DNA from: Eledone cirrhosa
Taxonomy: Eukaryota
Assembly: GCA_964016885.1 (NCBI GenBank)
Contig: OZ024740.1
Location: 347,200,001-347,264,000, forward strand
DNA length: 64,000 nt
Direction: 5' to 3'
Positions 51,401-64,000 of the stretch are shown piece after piece. The translations under genes and the position numbers were made by a program. The notes below the pieces were generated by a model. It made no database searches. It saw nothing but the letters and a program-made list of their open reading frames with translations, and was not told the origin of the DNA. Each line of letters starts with the position of its first letter. Within the stretch, counting starts at the first letter, position 1.

Positions 51401-51837
51401 AAGATCCCGTTCCAGTCGCCCACTAACACTAAAGAGCGCGACGTTCCAAGAAAGGTCTCCAGACGCCGGAAGAAATCAGGCCGCCCTGCTCCTGTCGGGG
51501 CATAGACGGCCACTAGCCTGAAAGCTTGCCCGTCTCCGCTGGTCACGTCCAGCACCACCAGCTTACCCTCTGGGTCCAGGAAGATGGCCCGTATGGCGAG
51601 ATCCAAACCTCTCCGAAAAAGCACAGCAACTCCTCCACCCGATCCAGGACGGCTGGGAGATGCGTACACATCGTAGCCGCCGAAGATCGGTGCGAAGGCC
51701 CGTGCTTCGGAGATTCTGGTCTCGCTGATGGCCACTACATCTATGTTTAGTGACCTGAGGTCGTTGAGCAGGTGACCCTGCTTCCATGACGACCCCAAGC
51801 CACGCGCATTTATGCTGCCTATTCTGAGTGAGGTCAT
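48418..51837 (-). CDS. Tx1 ORF2: APE endonuclease, reverse transcriptase, C-terminal Zn finger (1139 aa)
   Basis: INARGL, SET, GDWN, YTDH, KSPGLDGLP, DQSKAFDRVDH, RQGCPLS, YADD and CPRCAQGDETVLHALVQC. Confidence 0.97.
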   Translation of the reverse strand: MTSLRIGSINARGLGSSWKQGHLLNDLRSLNIDVVAISETRISEARAFAPIFGGYDVYASPSRPGSGGGVAVLFRRGLDLAIRAIFLDPEGKLVVLDVTSGDGQAFRLVAVYAPTGAGRPDFFRRLETFLGTSRSLVLVGDWNGILDARWDCVGLADRGGGCKSLTNLLRRFELSDRYRLDFPNVPMWTWTNRIGSSRSYLDRVFCREIDRSSIGCPQFKIVSYTDHKFVICVLDLDRLHRRGPGYWKLNASLPARKAYRDRISELVKRALTGAIVNNKWWFALKRAIRIESIRFSKALAIEKNRAEGELVRKLDEALSKGIATDVLAAKLALDQFFNAKHEGCVVRARVRALRHEGTKAVQWARVAEARRGNKATIRSLVDHDGRMLLDPGQMCEAFQRHFAQLFGGSGGPGRGMDFSVYLDGLPRLSATEAKCCEKPITAAEVREAMTDCTRGKSPGLDGLPYELYVQMPDLFGGLLADVYCNWQQNGRIPSSVSRGAVALLRKDPNKGDNIDNFRPITLLNTEFKILAKVLAKRLALVVGGLVGEAQTCAIPDRSIHDNLHLMRYIVERVAREPGTGGSLINLDQSKAFDRVDHRYLAAVLRAAGFGPVFRGWIAAMHSDICSVVRVNGHLSEPFNIMRSVRQGCPLSSLLYVLTLEPLLHKLETLRGVPRELGCGRSVSAYADDVTVVVSNAKHIEAIGTTLREYEAVTGAMINQEKSVGLQLGTWRGRSMPSNSVVGRWTDGPVKLLGVWFGPDLQTDKNWDEVTSRVASLTQKWAERKLSLKGRAEVANAYIASVICYRLTVVPCPKPRLTALERLLFRFLWKGRAPMVRRSICCQHPLRGGLGMPWLMMRRHALRLRHLHLFLDGDQVWSPFARRVFPQLVSLTELQSWVKRRPRGSAWRLECLQALTALDQSGNVIGGNSTSAFYRGLVEGKSDDVLGETLGVDENQLANLFGRTFGPGPMDNFQKSLAWQCYRGALPVRDKLYRHGGAVSRACPRCAQGDETVLHALVQCPKIADLWVYVEHLLSRLGRIQLSSESIVRIAPPSSFSREGQAVFICLVAMAKEIVWWTRLKGLKTSTYLFGDALIDFFKFHLKRKIRVEKEVLSSQHFVERWVREARMARVNGPTLSIYL

Positions 51838-51872
51838 GTTTAAAATAGAGTGGAAAAGATGGGAAAGACCAC

Positions 51873-54005
51873 TTACCGTATTTTTGGTAGAGGAGGGATG
51901 GTTTTTACATCCCTTTTCACTTGATCGTCTGGTGAAGGGACCGTTGAATCGTCCCTTCGGCTGGTCGTCGGCTCTTCTAAGAGAATGTCTGAATATACTC
52001 TTCGATTAATGGTTCCTCCTAGGTCCCTGAAATCACCAACTGCGTTGGGGAATTTCGTTTTAATGTTTGTGTATTGTTTCTGTGCTATTTTTAGCAGTCT
52101 TATGTTAGTTGGCGTTTTGATTGGTGCTGGTATTATGTAGTCCTGTTGTGAAATGTCTGTGTGTTCAATTATGTAAGTCATTAGTTTCTTGTTGTGTGTG
52201 TTTATTGCCGTGCATTTGTTTTTCTGGGGGTGGGGTGTGGTTCTGCTATTTTCTTGTCGTTGTTGCTGGGTGTGTGTGTTTTGTTGTTGTGTTTGCGATG
52301 TTGGTGCTTGTGGTGGTGGTGTTGAAGGTGTTGTTGGCGGTGGGGTTGTCGCCGGTGGTGATGGTGGTGCTGGTGTGGGTGGTGATGGTGTTGGTGGTGT
52401 TGCTGCTGTGGGTCTCTTTGCAGTAGACTTTACCCTTTTCTCATTTCTTTCCTCCCTTTTCAAAGGCGACGATGCGCTGCTTCTGCGTTTGTGCCTTCTT
52501 GAGACCTTTTGCCATCCCTCTCCCACCTCACACTCCATGTCTGATTCTGTAAGGTCGGGGAGGGGTACCAGCTCCACTCTTTCACTTGTTGTTGTTGGTG
52601 ATGTTTGCACTGGAGTCTCTGTTGCAGCTGCATTTGGTATTGCTGTTGTTGTTGTTAATATTTCCACTGCTGCTGCTGTCTTTGATTTCCGTGGAGTGGG
52701 TATGGGTGCCACGGACCTATCGTTCCTGGTTGCCGCTTGTCCTGTTGCTGGTAGCCGTGGAACCGGATTCGGGAGGAGGGGGGTTTTCTCCTTTCTCAGG
52801 GTCTTCTCGTTGCAGAAGGCCCTGAGGTGAGTCTTCGATCCACAGCGAAAGCATTTCGGGCGTTTGCCCTCAACACTTATGGGCAGTTGAGTGCCGTTAT
52901 CGAAGTCTATCACATCCGGGATAGCTTCGATGCACTCCTGGTTGGTTTGGATTAGCATCTCAATGGAGGAGCCGACCCAATCTTCTCTTACTTTTTTCTG
53001 TACTTGCAGTACAGTTGTTTTGTCCTCGATTCCGACGAGGACAGACGCGGCCAGCCAAGAAGGGGTCATTCCGGGGGGGACGTGGGTCAGTTTGACCCTC
53101 ACAATTTTTTGCCCGCAGTAGGAGGGCACCAACACCATTTCCTCGCTCCTTAGGGTCACTACTGATTGGGCCTTTGCCTCCTGGGGTGTGGCAAAAAGTA
53201 CGTCTACGGTGGCGTATTTTTTGCCTCGGGTGATGTGCGTTTTCCTCTGCCACACAGACCCCAAGGCTTTTTGTATTTGGGCCTCTGTGGCTCTTTCCAC
53301 CCTACGGGATTTTGTACTTACTGTACGGTACGTGACCGTACAGTGCTCTTGGGTTTCGAAAAAATTTTTCGCTGCCTTGCAGATTGCTCGGTGTCCGTTC
53401 TTTGTCACCATCTTCTTCGCTTCCTCTAATTCCTCATTTGTTATGAGGATTGTTTCCAGGTTTTTCGCAATACCTGCAAATGAGATTGGTTTTTCTCTGC
53501 TGTTGTTGTTGTCGTCAGAGCTGCTGGTACTTTTGTTGTTGCTGCAGGTACTACGACTACTGCCTCCGCCGCTGTTGCTGTGGTTGTTGTTGGTGTTGCT
53601 GCTGCTAATGCTGTTGTTGTTTATGCTGCTGGTGATGCTGTTGCGGCTGCTACTGTTGTTTTCATTGTCACTGTTGCTGTTGTTATTACGGCTGCTACTG
53701 CTATTATTCCTGACGTCAGACGAATGAACTGGGTTTTCGTATTTCCCGCACACCTGTTTCGTCGCTGTCGTCGTCGTCGTGGAGAAACCTTGCACGCTTT
53801 GCACGAGACTTTTCTTTTCTTTCGTCGCTTGCGAAAGAGAAGGTAGGGAGAGAGACACATTTAAAGAAGGGAGGGAGAGAGACAATCTTCTCTCTCCTGT
53901 AGTGATGATTGAGGAAGAAGAAGACGGAATGAGTGGGAGTGACGTATGAAATTTTTTTTTTTTGGTAGCCATGTTTTTTTGTTTAAAATGAAATTTTGGG
54001 TACAA
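51873..54005 (-). CDS. Tx1 ORF1 nucleic-acid-binding protein with CCHC knuckle (true start may be the ATG at 53972)
   Basis: CFRCGSKTHLRAFC. Low-complexity S/N and P/T linkers. Lies upstream of ORF2. Confidence 0.9.
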   Translation of the reverse strand: MYPKFHFKQKNMATKKKKFHTSLPLIPSSSSSIITTGERRLSLSLPSLNVSLSLPSLSQATKEKKSLVQSVQGFSTTTTTATKQVCGKYENPVHSSDVRNNSSSSRNNNSNSDNENNSSSRNSITSSINNNSISSSNTNNNHSNSGGGSSRSTCSNNKSTSSSDDNNNSREKPISFAGIAKNLETILITNEELEEAKKMVTKNGHRAICKAAKNFFETQEHCTVTYRTVSTKSRRVERATEAQIQKALGSVWQRKTHITRGKKYATVDVLFATPQEAKAQSVVTLRSEEMVLVPSYCGQKIVRVKLTHVPPGMTPSWLAASVLVGIEDKTTVLQVQKKVREDWVGSSIEMLIQTNQECIEAIPDVIDFDNGTQLPISVEGKRPKCFRCGSKTHLRAFCNEKTLRKEKTPLLPNPVPRLPATGQAATRNDRSVAPIPTPRKSKTAAAVEILTTTTAIPNAAATETPVQTSPTTTSERVELVPLPDLTESDMECEVGEGWQKVSRRHKRRSSASSPLKREERNEKRVKSTAKRPTAATPPTPSPPTPAPPSPPATTPPPTTPSTPPPQAPTSQTQQQNTHTQQQRQENSRTTPHPQKNKCTAINTHNKKLMTYIIEHTDISQQDYIIPAPIKTPTNIRLLKIAQKQYTNIKTKFPNAVGDFRDLGGTINRRVYSDILLEEPTTSRRDDSTVPSPDDQVKRDVKTIPPLPKIR

Positions 54006-54176
54006 AACCCCAATAACTGGCTATTTAACCCCGAAGGGCCAAATAACGGACAGAAAGACCCCTCTCACGAGGAGGAGGGTGTCTTTATCAACAATTTGGT
54101 TCAAGTTTTAAACAATTTACAATTGTTTTAACGGTTAAAAATTACTATACCTTACAGAGCCGAGCCTCCGTCAACC

Positions 54177-54185
54177 ATGGCATTC

Positions 54186-54253
<68 letters not shown>

Positions 54254-57200
54254 TGAAATCTCATACCGGATCGGCCGTCACCCGGGTAAAAAAGGGCCGC
54301 GTCCCTCAGAGAGGAACCAGACTGGGGTCGAAAAATCAGCTAATGGTTCAAACCTTCCCATCACTTCGGAGCTGGAGACCTCCCATAACCGGAATACTCC
54401 TACTGTTGGCCCTCCATGCTCACCACCAAGAAATCCAAAGAAAAAGAGAGAAAAATGGTCAAGGGAAGATAATAAAGAAGTCCTTGAGGCTTTCTACACT
54501 GCCATGTACTACCCATCAAATACATCGAATACAGAACAAACATATATCAACTGGAAAAAGAAACATCCCGAAAACAGAGGCTATATTGACAGTAACAAAC
54601 TAGCCAATATACGAAGAAATATTGTAAGAAAAAAGTTACTAACTGATATAGAAATTGATCAGATCAAGCTAGTAGCACAAAGTCAGCGAAGGGAAAATGA
54701 AGCATGTGTCAGTGAAAACGAGGTAAACTGTAACACTTCGAATCCCAGAGTTGGGGCGGAATCACTGGCAACAGAACAAATTAAAGAAAGGAGCGAAAAA
54801 GTGGAGGGAGTGCATGCTCAGGATGAAACTCCAAATGAAAATAATGAGATCGTAAATGATAAAGAAATGAATGAGAATGAACTTGCCAACTTGAAGGATG
54901 AAATTATGATCGAATGGATGAAAATGAAAGAATCTGACATGGGGGAACGAGACACCCTCCCTAAGATCCAGAACTCCAAACAGAACCAAAAGATAATACA
55001 CAAGACAAACATAATTCTCAAAAACATTATCATCACAAACAAACTAAGCATTACTGACTTAAATCATCTCTATTATGCATCGGCTAAAGTCACCACTCAC
55101 TTATGTGGAGTGAAGATGAAAAAACAAAGGAATTCCCACAAGAAATCTACTTGGCAAGATAACATCAATCGCCAAATAAACCTTCTCCGATCTGACATAG
55201 AAATTTTAACAAACTATAAAGTAGGTGAACATGTTAAACAAACTAAACTTAGAAAATTGAAAAAAAAGTACAGTATAAGATCAACATGTGACATAGACAT
55301 GCTGATAGAAACAATCAAGCAAAAAGTGTCGGCCAAAGCTGCTCGTATAAGGCGCTTTGAAAAACGATCTAGATTCTATAAGGACAATAATATGTTCAAA
55401 AACAACCAAAGAAACTTCTACAGAAAAATTGGTAAGTCAACAATAACTGCTAAATCAATACCACCCAAGGAGGAAGTGCAAGAATTCTGGGAAAAGATCT
55501 GGGCCGAAGAAAAAGTTCATAACATACATGCCCCATGGATAGACAGACAAATGAAAGAAACAGCTCACCTTGAAGAACAAACATGGGAAAATATAACAGT
55601 TGAACAGCTGCGCTTGGCTCTAAGAAAAACCAGCAAATGGAAATCCCCAGGAAAAGACAAAATACAAAACTTTTGGATAAATGCCTTCACAGAGTCTCAT
55701 GAGCTGTTAGCCCAACTTTACAATGAAATAGTTAAGGAGCCAGAAAAGATACCATCATGGCTAGTTAACGGCATTACATTCCTGCTACCGAAGAATGATG
55801 AGACAAACAATCCCAAAAATTACAGACCGATAACCTGCTTGACCACAATGTATAAAATTTTAACATCAGTCCTAACTGAATACACATATGACCACCTGAT
55901 AACAAATGACCTATTTCCCATTGAGCAGAAAGGGTGTAAACGAGGCTCATATGGCTGTAAGGATCAGCTTCTGGTTAACAAAATGATACTGGAAGATTGT
56001 CATAATAGACACAAAAATCTATCGATTGCTTGGATAGATTATAAAAAAGCATTTGATAGTTTGCCACACAGTTGGATTGAAAAATGTTTAGAGATTTTCA
56101 AAATATCCCCCGTTATCAGGAGGTTTTTGTCATTCAGTATGAGGACATGGAGAACGACACTCCTTTTGAATAGTGAAACAAAATCACTGGAAGCTGGAGA
56201 AGTTAACATTAATTGTGGAATTTTTCAGGGTGACTCTTTATCACCGCTTTTATTCTGCATCGCACTTATACCATTAAGTAAAATGCTCAATGAAACAAAA
56301 CATGGATATAGAGTCTATGACAAAACCATTAATCACCTGTTCTACATGGATGACCTGAAACTATTTGCAAAAAATGATGAACAATTGCAAGGGCTATTAT
56401 CCACTGTGAAGCAGTTCAGTGATGACATTAAAATGGAGTTTGGACTGGATAAATGCGCCAAAGCAACGTTCACCAGAGGAAAGCTGCTGAAGAGTTCAGA
56501 CATTAATCTTGATCGGGGGAACGTGATAAGAGAGCTTGATCAAGAACAAACTTACAAATATCTAGGTGTTTGTGAAGGAGACGGAATCAAGCACTCGACA
56601 ATGAGGGAAAGGATAAGGAAGGAATGTTACCGCAGAGTCAGAGCAATCTTAAGAACGGAATTGAATGCAAGGAATAGGATCGATGCCATAAACACGCTTG
56701 CCATACCAGTAGTAACCTACAGTTACAATGTCATCAACTGGTCAAGCACAGAGATCCGTAGGCTCGATACAAAAATCCGAAAATTCTTAACCATGCACAG
56801 AATGCATCACCCTAAGGCAGACATAGATAGAATATATCTCCCTAGGAAAGAAGGAGGACGTGGGTTAATCCAGTTAGACATTGCGTTGAAAACTGCAACA
56901 ATTGGATTATCCACATATCTAAGGGAATCACATGATTGGATGATCAAACTCGTTTTGAAACACGAAAGCACCAAAAGATCATATTCCATTACAAAAGATG
57001 CACAAAGATACAGTAATGGACTACAAATTTCAGAAGTCCCATTTACTGCTGAAATGGAAAACACAGAAAAAGCAAAGCAGGTAAAAGTAACTGCAAAGAA
57101 AGAACTGCTACAGAAACTGGCTAAGAAATGGCAAGAAAAGCCTCTGTATGGAAAATACCCAGAGCGAGCTAACAATCCTGATGTTGACAAAACTTTAACC

Positions 57201-57893
57201 CATCAGTGGTTGGCATCCTCTGGACTGAAATCGGAGACTGAAGGACTGATTATATCCGCACAAGATCAGTGTCTGCCAACAAAAAATTACCAAGCCAACA
57301 TAATAAAAAATGGGTGCAGCCCATTATGCCGTGTATGCAAAAAACAACCAGAGACCATTGACCATATAATTTCAATGTGCAGTCCTATAGCTCCAACCGA
57401 ATACCTAAACAGGCATGACAGAGCTGCACAATACATACATTGGATAATGTGCAAGCATTTTGACCTGCCCCATCAAAAGAATTGGTGGGAGCATCAACCA
57501 CCTCCCATACTTGAAAAAGATCACATCTCAATCTTGTGGAACTTTAGCATCCAAACAGACCGAAAAATAGATGCAAATAGACCTGATATAATATTGAAGG
57601 ACTTTCAAAGGAGGGTATGCCTGCTAATTGATATGTCTGTTCCAATAGACAAGAATGTATCTATAAAAACATTTGAAAAATTGAGCAAGTATAAGGACCT
57701 GGAGATAGAAATTGGAAAAATGTGGAAATTGAGAACTAAAACAATACCAGTGGTTGTAGGCGCTCTGGGAATGATACCTAAGGGGTCTAACGACTACTTA
57801 TCGCAAATCCCAGGAAACCCGCGTATAGGAGAAATACAAAAGATAGTACTAATGGGAACTGCCCATATACTAAGGAAGATCCTGTCAATATAA
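54177..57893 (+). CDS. R4/Dong-like RT-CCHC-RLE polyprotein, uninterrupted; N-terminus (MAF-polyN) is chimeric
   Basis: WKSPGKD, YRPITCL, EQKGC, IDYKKAFD, FQGDSLSP, YMDD, CRVC..ETIDHIISMC, RHD, RPD and K..KY motifs. Confidence 0.9.
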
Positions 57894-58033
57894 GTACATC
57901 ACAAGTCTAAACACTAAGGATGCATGTGTGAATATGTGTGTTCTTTCTTGAACATGGCGGACCTTGTTGTCTCTTGAGGTCACTGGTTGTGACTTGGTGA
58001 TAACTCGTATAAACATAAAGCAAGATAAATGCA

Positions 58034-58034
<1 letters not shown>
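54254..58034 (+). mobile_element. R4/Dong-like family 1 copy lacking only the 5'UTR and first codons
   Basis: Aligns with 33800-37570. (AAT)n on both sides. Confidence 0.95.
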
Positions 58035-58089
<55 letters not shown>

Positions 58090-58091
<2 letters not shown>

Positions 58092-59578
58092 CAAACTTAC
58101 AAATATCTAGGTGTTTGTGAAGGAGACGGAATCAAGCACTCGACAATGAGGGAAAGGATAAGGAAGGAATGTTACCGCAGAGTCAGAGCAATCTTAAGAA
58201 CGGAATTGAATGCAAGGAATAGGATCGATGCCATAAACACGCTTGCCATACCAGTAGTAACCTACAGTTACAATGTCATCAACTGGTCAAGCACAGAGAT
58301 CCGTAGGCTCGATACAAAAATCCGAAAATTCTTAACCATGCACAGAATGCATCACCCTAAGGCAGACATAGATAGAATATATCTCCCTAGGAAAGAAGGA
58401 GGACGTGGGTTAATCCAGTTAGACATTGCGTTGAAAACTGCAACAATTGGATTATCCACATATCTAAGGGAATCACATGATTGGATGATCAAACTCGTTT
58501 TGAAACACGAAAGCACCAAAAGATCATATTCCATTACAAAAGATGCACAAAGATACAGTAATGGACTACAAATTTCAGAAGTCCCATTTACTGCTGAAAT
58601 GGAAAACACAGAAAAAGCAAAGCAGGTAAAAGTAACTGCAAAGAAAGAACTGCTACAGAAACTGGCTAAGAAATGGCAAGAAAAGCCTCTGTATGGAAAA
58701 TACCCAGAGCGAGCTAACAATCCTGATGTTGACAAAACTTTAACCCATCAGTGGTTGGCATCCTCTGGACTGAAATCGGAGACTGAAGGACTGATTATAT
58801 CCGCACAAGATCAGTGTCTGCCAACAAAAAATTACCAAGCCAACATAATAAAAAATGGGTGCAGCCCACTATGCCGTGTATGCAAAAAACAACCAGAGAC
58901 CATTGACCATATAATTTCAATGTGCAGTCCTATAGCTCCAACCGAATACCTAAACAGGCATGACAGAGCTGCACAATACATACATTGGATAATGTGTAAG
59001 CATTTTGACCTGCCCCATCAAAAGAATTGGTGGGAGCATCAACCACCTCCCATACTTGAAAAAGATCACATCTCAATCTTGTGGAACTTTAGCATCCAAA
59101 CAGACCGAAAAATAGATGCAAATAGACCTGATATAATATTGAAGGACTTTCAAAGGAGGGTATGCCTGCTAATTGATATGTCTGTTCCAATAGACAAGAA
59201 TGTATCTATAAAAACATTTGAAAAATTGAGCAAGTATAAGGACCTGGAGATAGAAATTGGAAAAATGTGGAAATTGAGAACTAAAACAATACCAGTGGTT
59301 GTAGGCGCTCTGGGAATGATACCTAAGGGGTCTAACGACTACTTATCGCAAATCCCAGGAAACCCGCGTATAGGAGAAATACAAAAGATAGTACTAATGG
59401 GAACTGCCCATATACTAAGGAAGATCCTGTCAATATAAGTACATCACAAGTCTAAACACTAAGGATGCATGTGTGAATATGTGTGTTCTTTCTTGAACAT
59501 GGCGGACCTTGTTGTCTCTTGAGGTCACTGGTTGTGACTTGGTGATAACTCGTATAAACATAAAGCAAGATAAATGCA

Positions 59579-59580
<2 letters not shown>
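58090..59580 (+). mobile_element. Family 1 5'-truncated copy, almost identical to 56548-58034
   Basis: Identical translation in the ORF track. Only a couple of nucleotide differences noticed. Followed by (AAT)n(AAG)n. Confidence 0.95.
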
Positions 59581-59668
<88 letters not shown>

Positions 59669-59740
59669 AAGAACTGACACCTTATGGAGGTGGTCAGTTA
59701 TATATAGTTCAGGTTTGATAAGCTTTTATTATGATGGCCC

Positions 59741-59912
59741 TTGGCAGTATCGGTAGAGGGTCGGACGGCATGCTTTGCAGTATAGAATTCCGGGCCTTTA
59801 CGGTCTGAGTCCAAATCCCGCCGAGGTTAACTTTGCCTTTCATTCTTACGGGGTCGATAAAATAAATCACCAGGATAATTGCTTCGCCTTGTGCCAAAAA
59901 GTAGAAACAATT
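59741..59912 (+). mobile_element. tRNA SINE (same family)
   Basis: ttggcagtatcggtagagggtcggac...gcctttcattcttacggggtcgataaaataaa...gccttgtgccaaaaagtagaaac. Confidence 0.88.
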
Positions 59913-60254
59913 GTTATGTCCCGTTACATTGGAAAGCACACAATTTCAATTTCAAATGTTTTCAATGATTTTATCCAAACGCTTTGATTACACTTCTAGC
60001 AGCACCCTTAAAATTTCTTGAAAAGGGAAAGGAATTGGTGGCCACCGACTCTTTAATGTAGTGGATAACACACATGTCTAGAATCTGGGACTTGTGGGCT
60101 CCGATTCCTGTTCAATTTTCTCACATCCTGGGGTAATTTACCAAATTTTTCCACTCATTATTAATAGTGATTTAGTGATTAAATATAATTATGATCATTT
60201 AAGTTGGGACACATATATTTCAAATATCAAATTTTCCCAGTTCTTCCCGATCTC

Positions 60255-63830
<3,576 letters not shown>

Positions 63831-64000
63831 TTTATTGTTTCATTTCTTTATTTCTGTATTGGTATTTAGCTTCTCTCTTTGCTGCCATTTTTTGCATTAT
63901 TCTTCAGCTGACACTCCATAAATAACAAAATGTGTCTCCTTAAAACGTATGTTATTGGCTTTATCATCTGTTTTAATCGCATCAAAGTAAATTAGATTTC

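Larger units (their letters stand above)
48155..54186 (-). mobile_element. Intact full-length Tx1/L1-clade retrotransposon (element D)
   Basis: Two uninterrupted ORFs, 3' AATAAA, and (AAT)n on both flanks. Confidence 0.96.

Overview
AT-rich, microsatellite-dense animal genomic DNA. The SINE types and repeat landscape suggest an octopus or other cephalopod (inference). No host protein-coding gene is recognisable; nearly all short ORFs in the track are microsatellite artefacts. There are three main layers. (1) From 0.2 to 17.6 kb and at about 30 kb lie several apparently unrelated non-coding fold-back elements, mostly inside (AT)n tracts. Most carry minimal type-I hammerhead ribozyme (HHR) motifs read directly from the sequence. 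The most striking is a 316-bp-monomer tandem plus inverted array with five U3-A8 variant HHRs, a retrozyme-like or Penelope-type non-autonomous element. (2) A nest of about 28 kb (31.4-59.7 kb) has grown inside an (AAT)n microsatellite. All R4/Dong-like RLE retrotransposons in it are on + and all Tx1/L1-clade elements are on -. It includes one intact Tx1 and one Dong with an uninterrupted ORF, head to head. (3) Scattered elements: another decayed Tx1 with a TSD, RTE fragments, a decayed CRE-like element with a PHD finger, Nin/Deu-type tRNA SINEs and a minisatellite. All structures were assigned by eye; no searches or folding programs were run.
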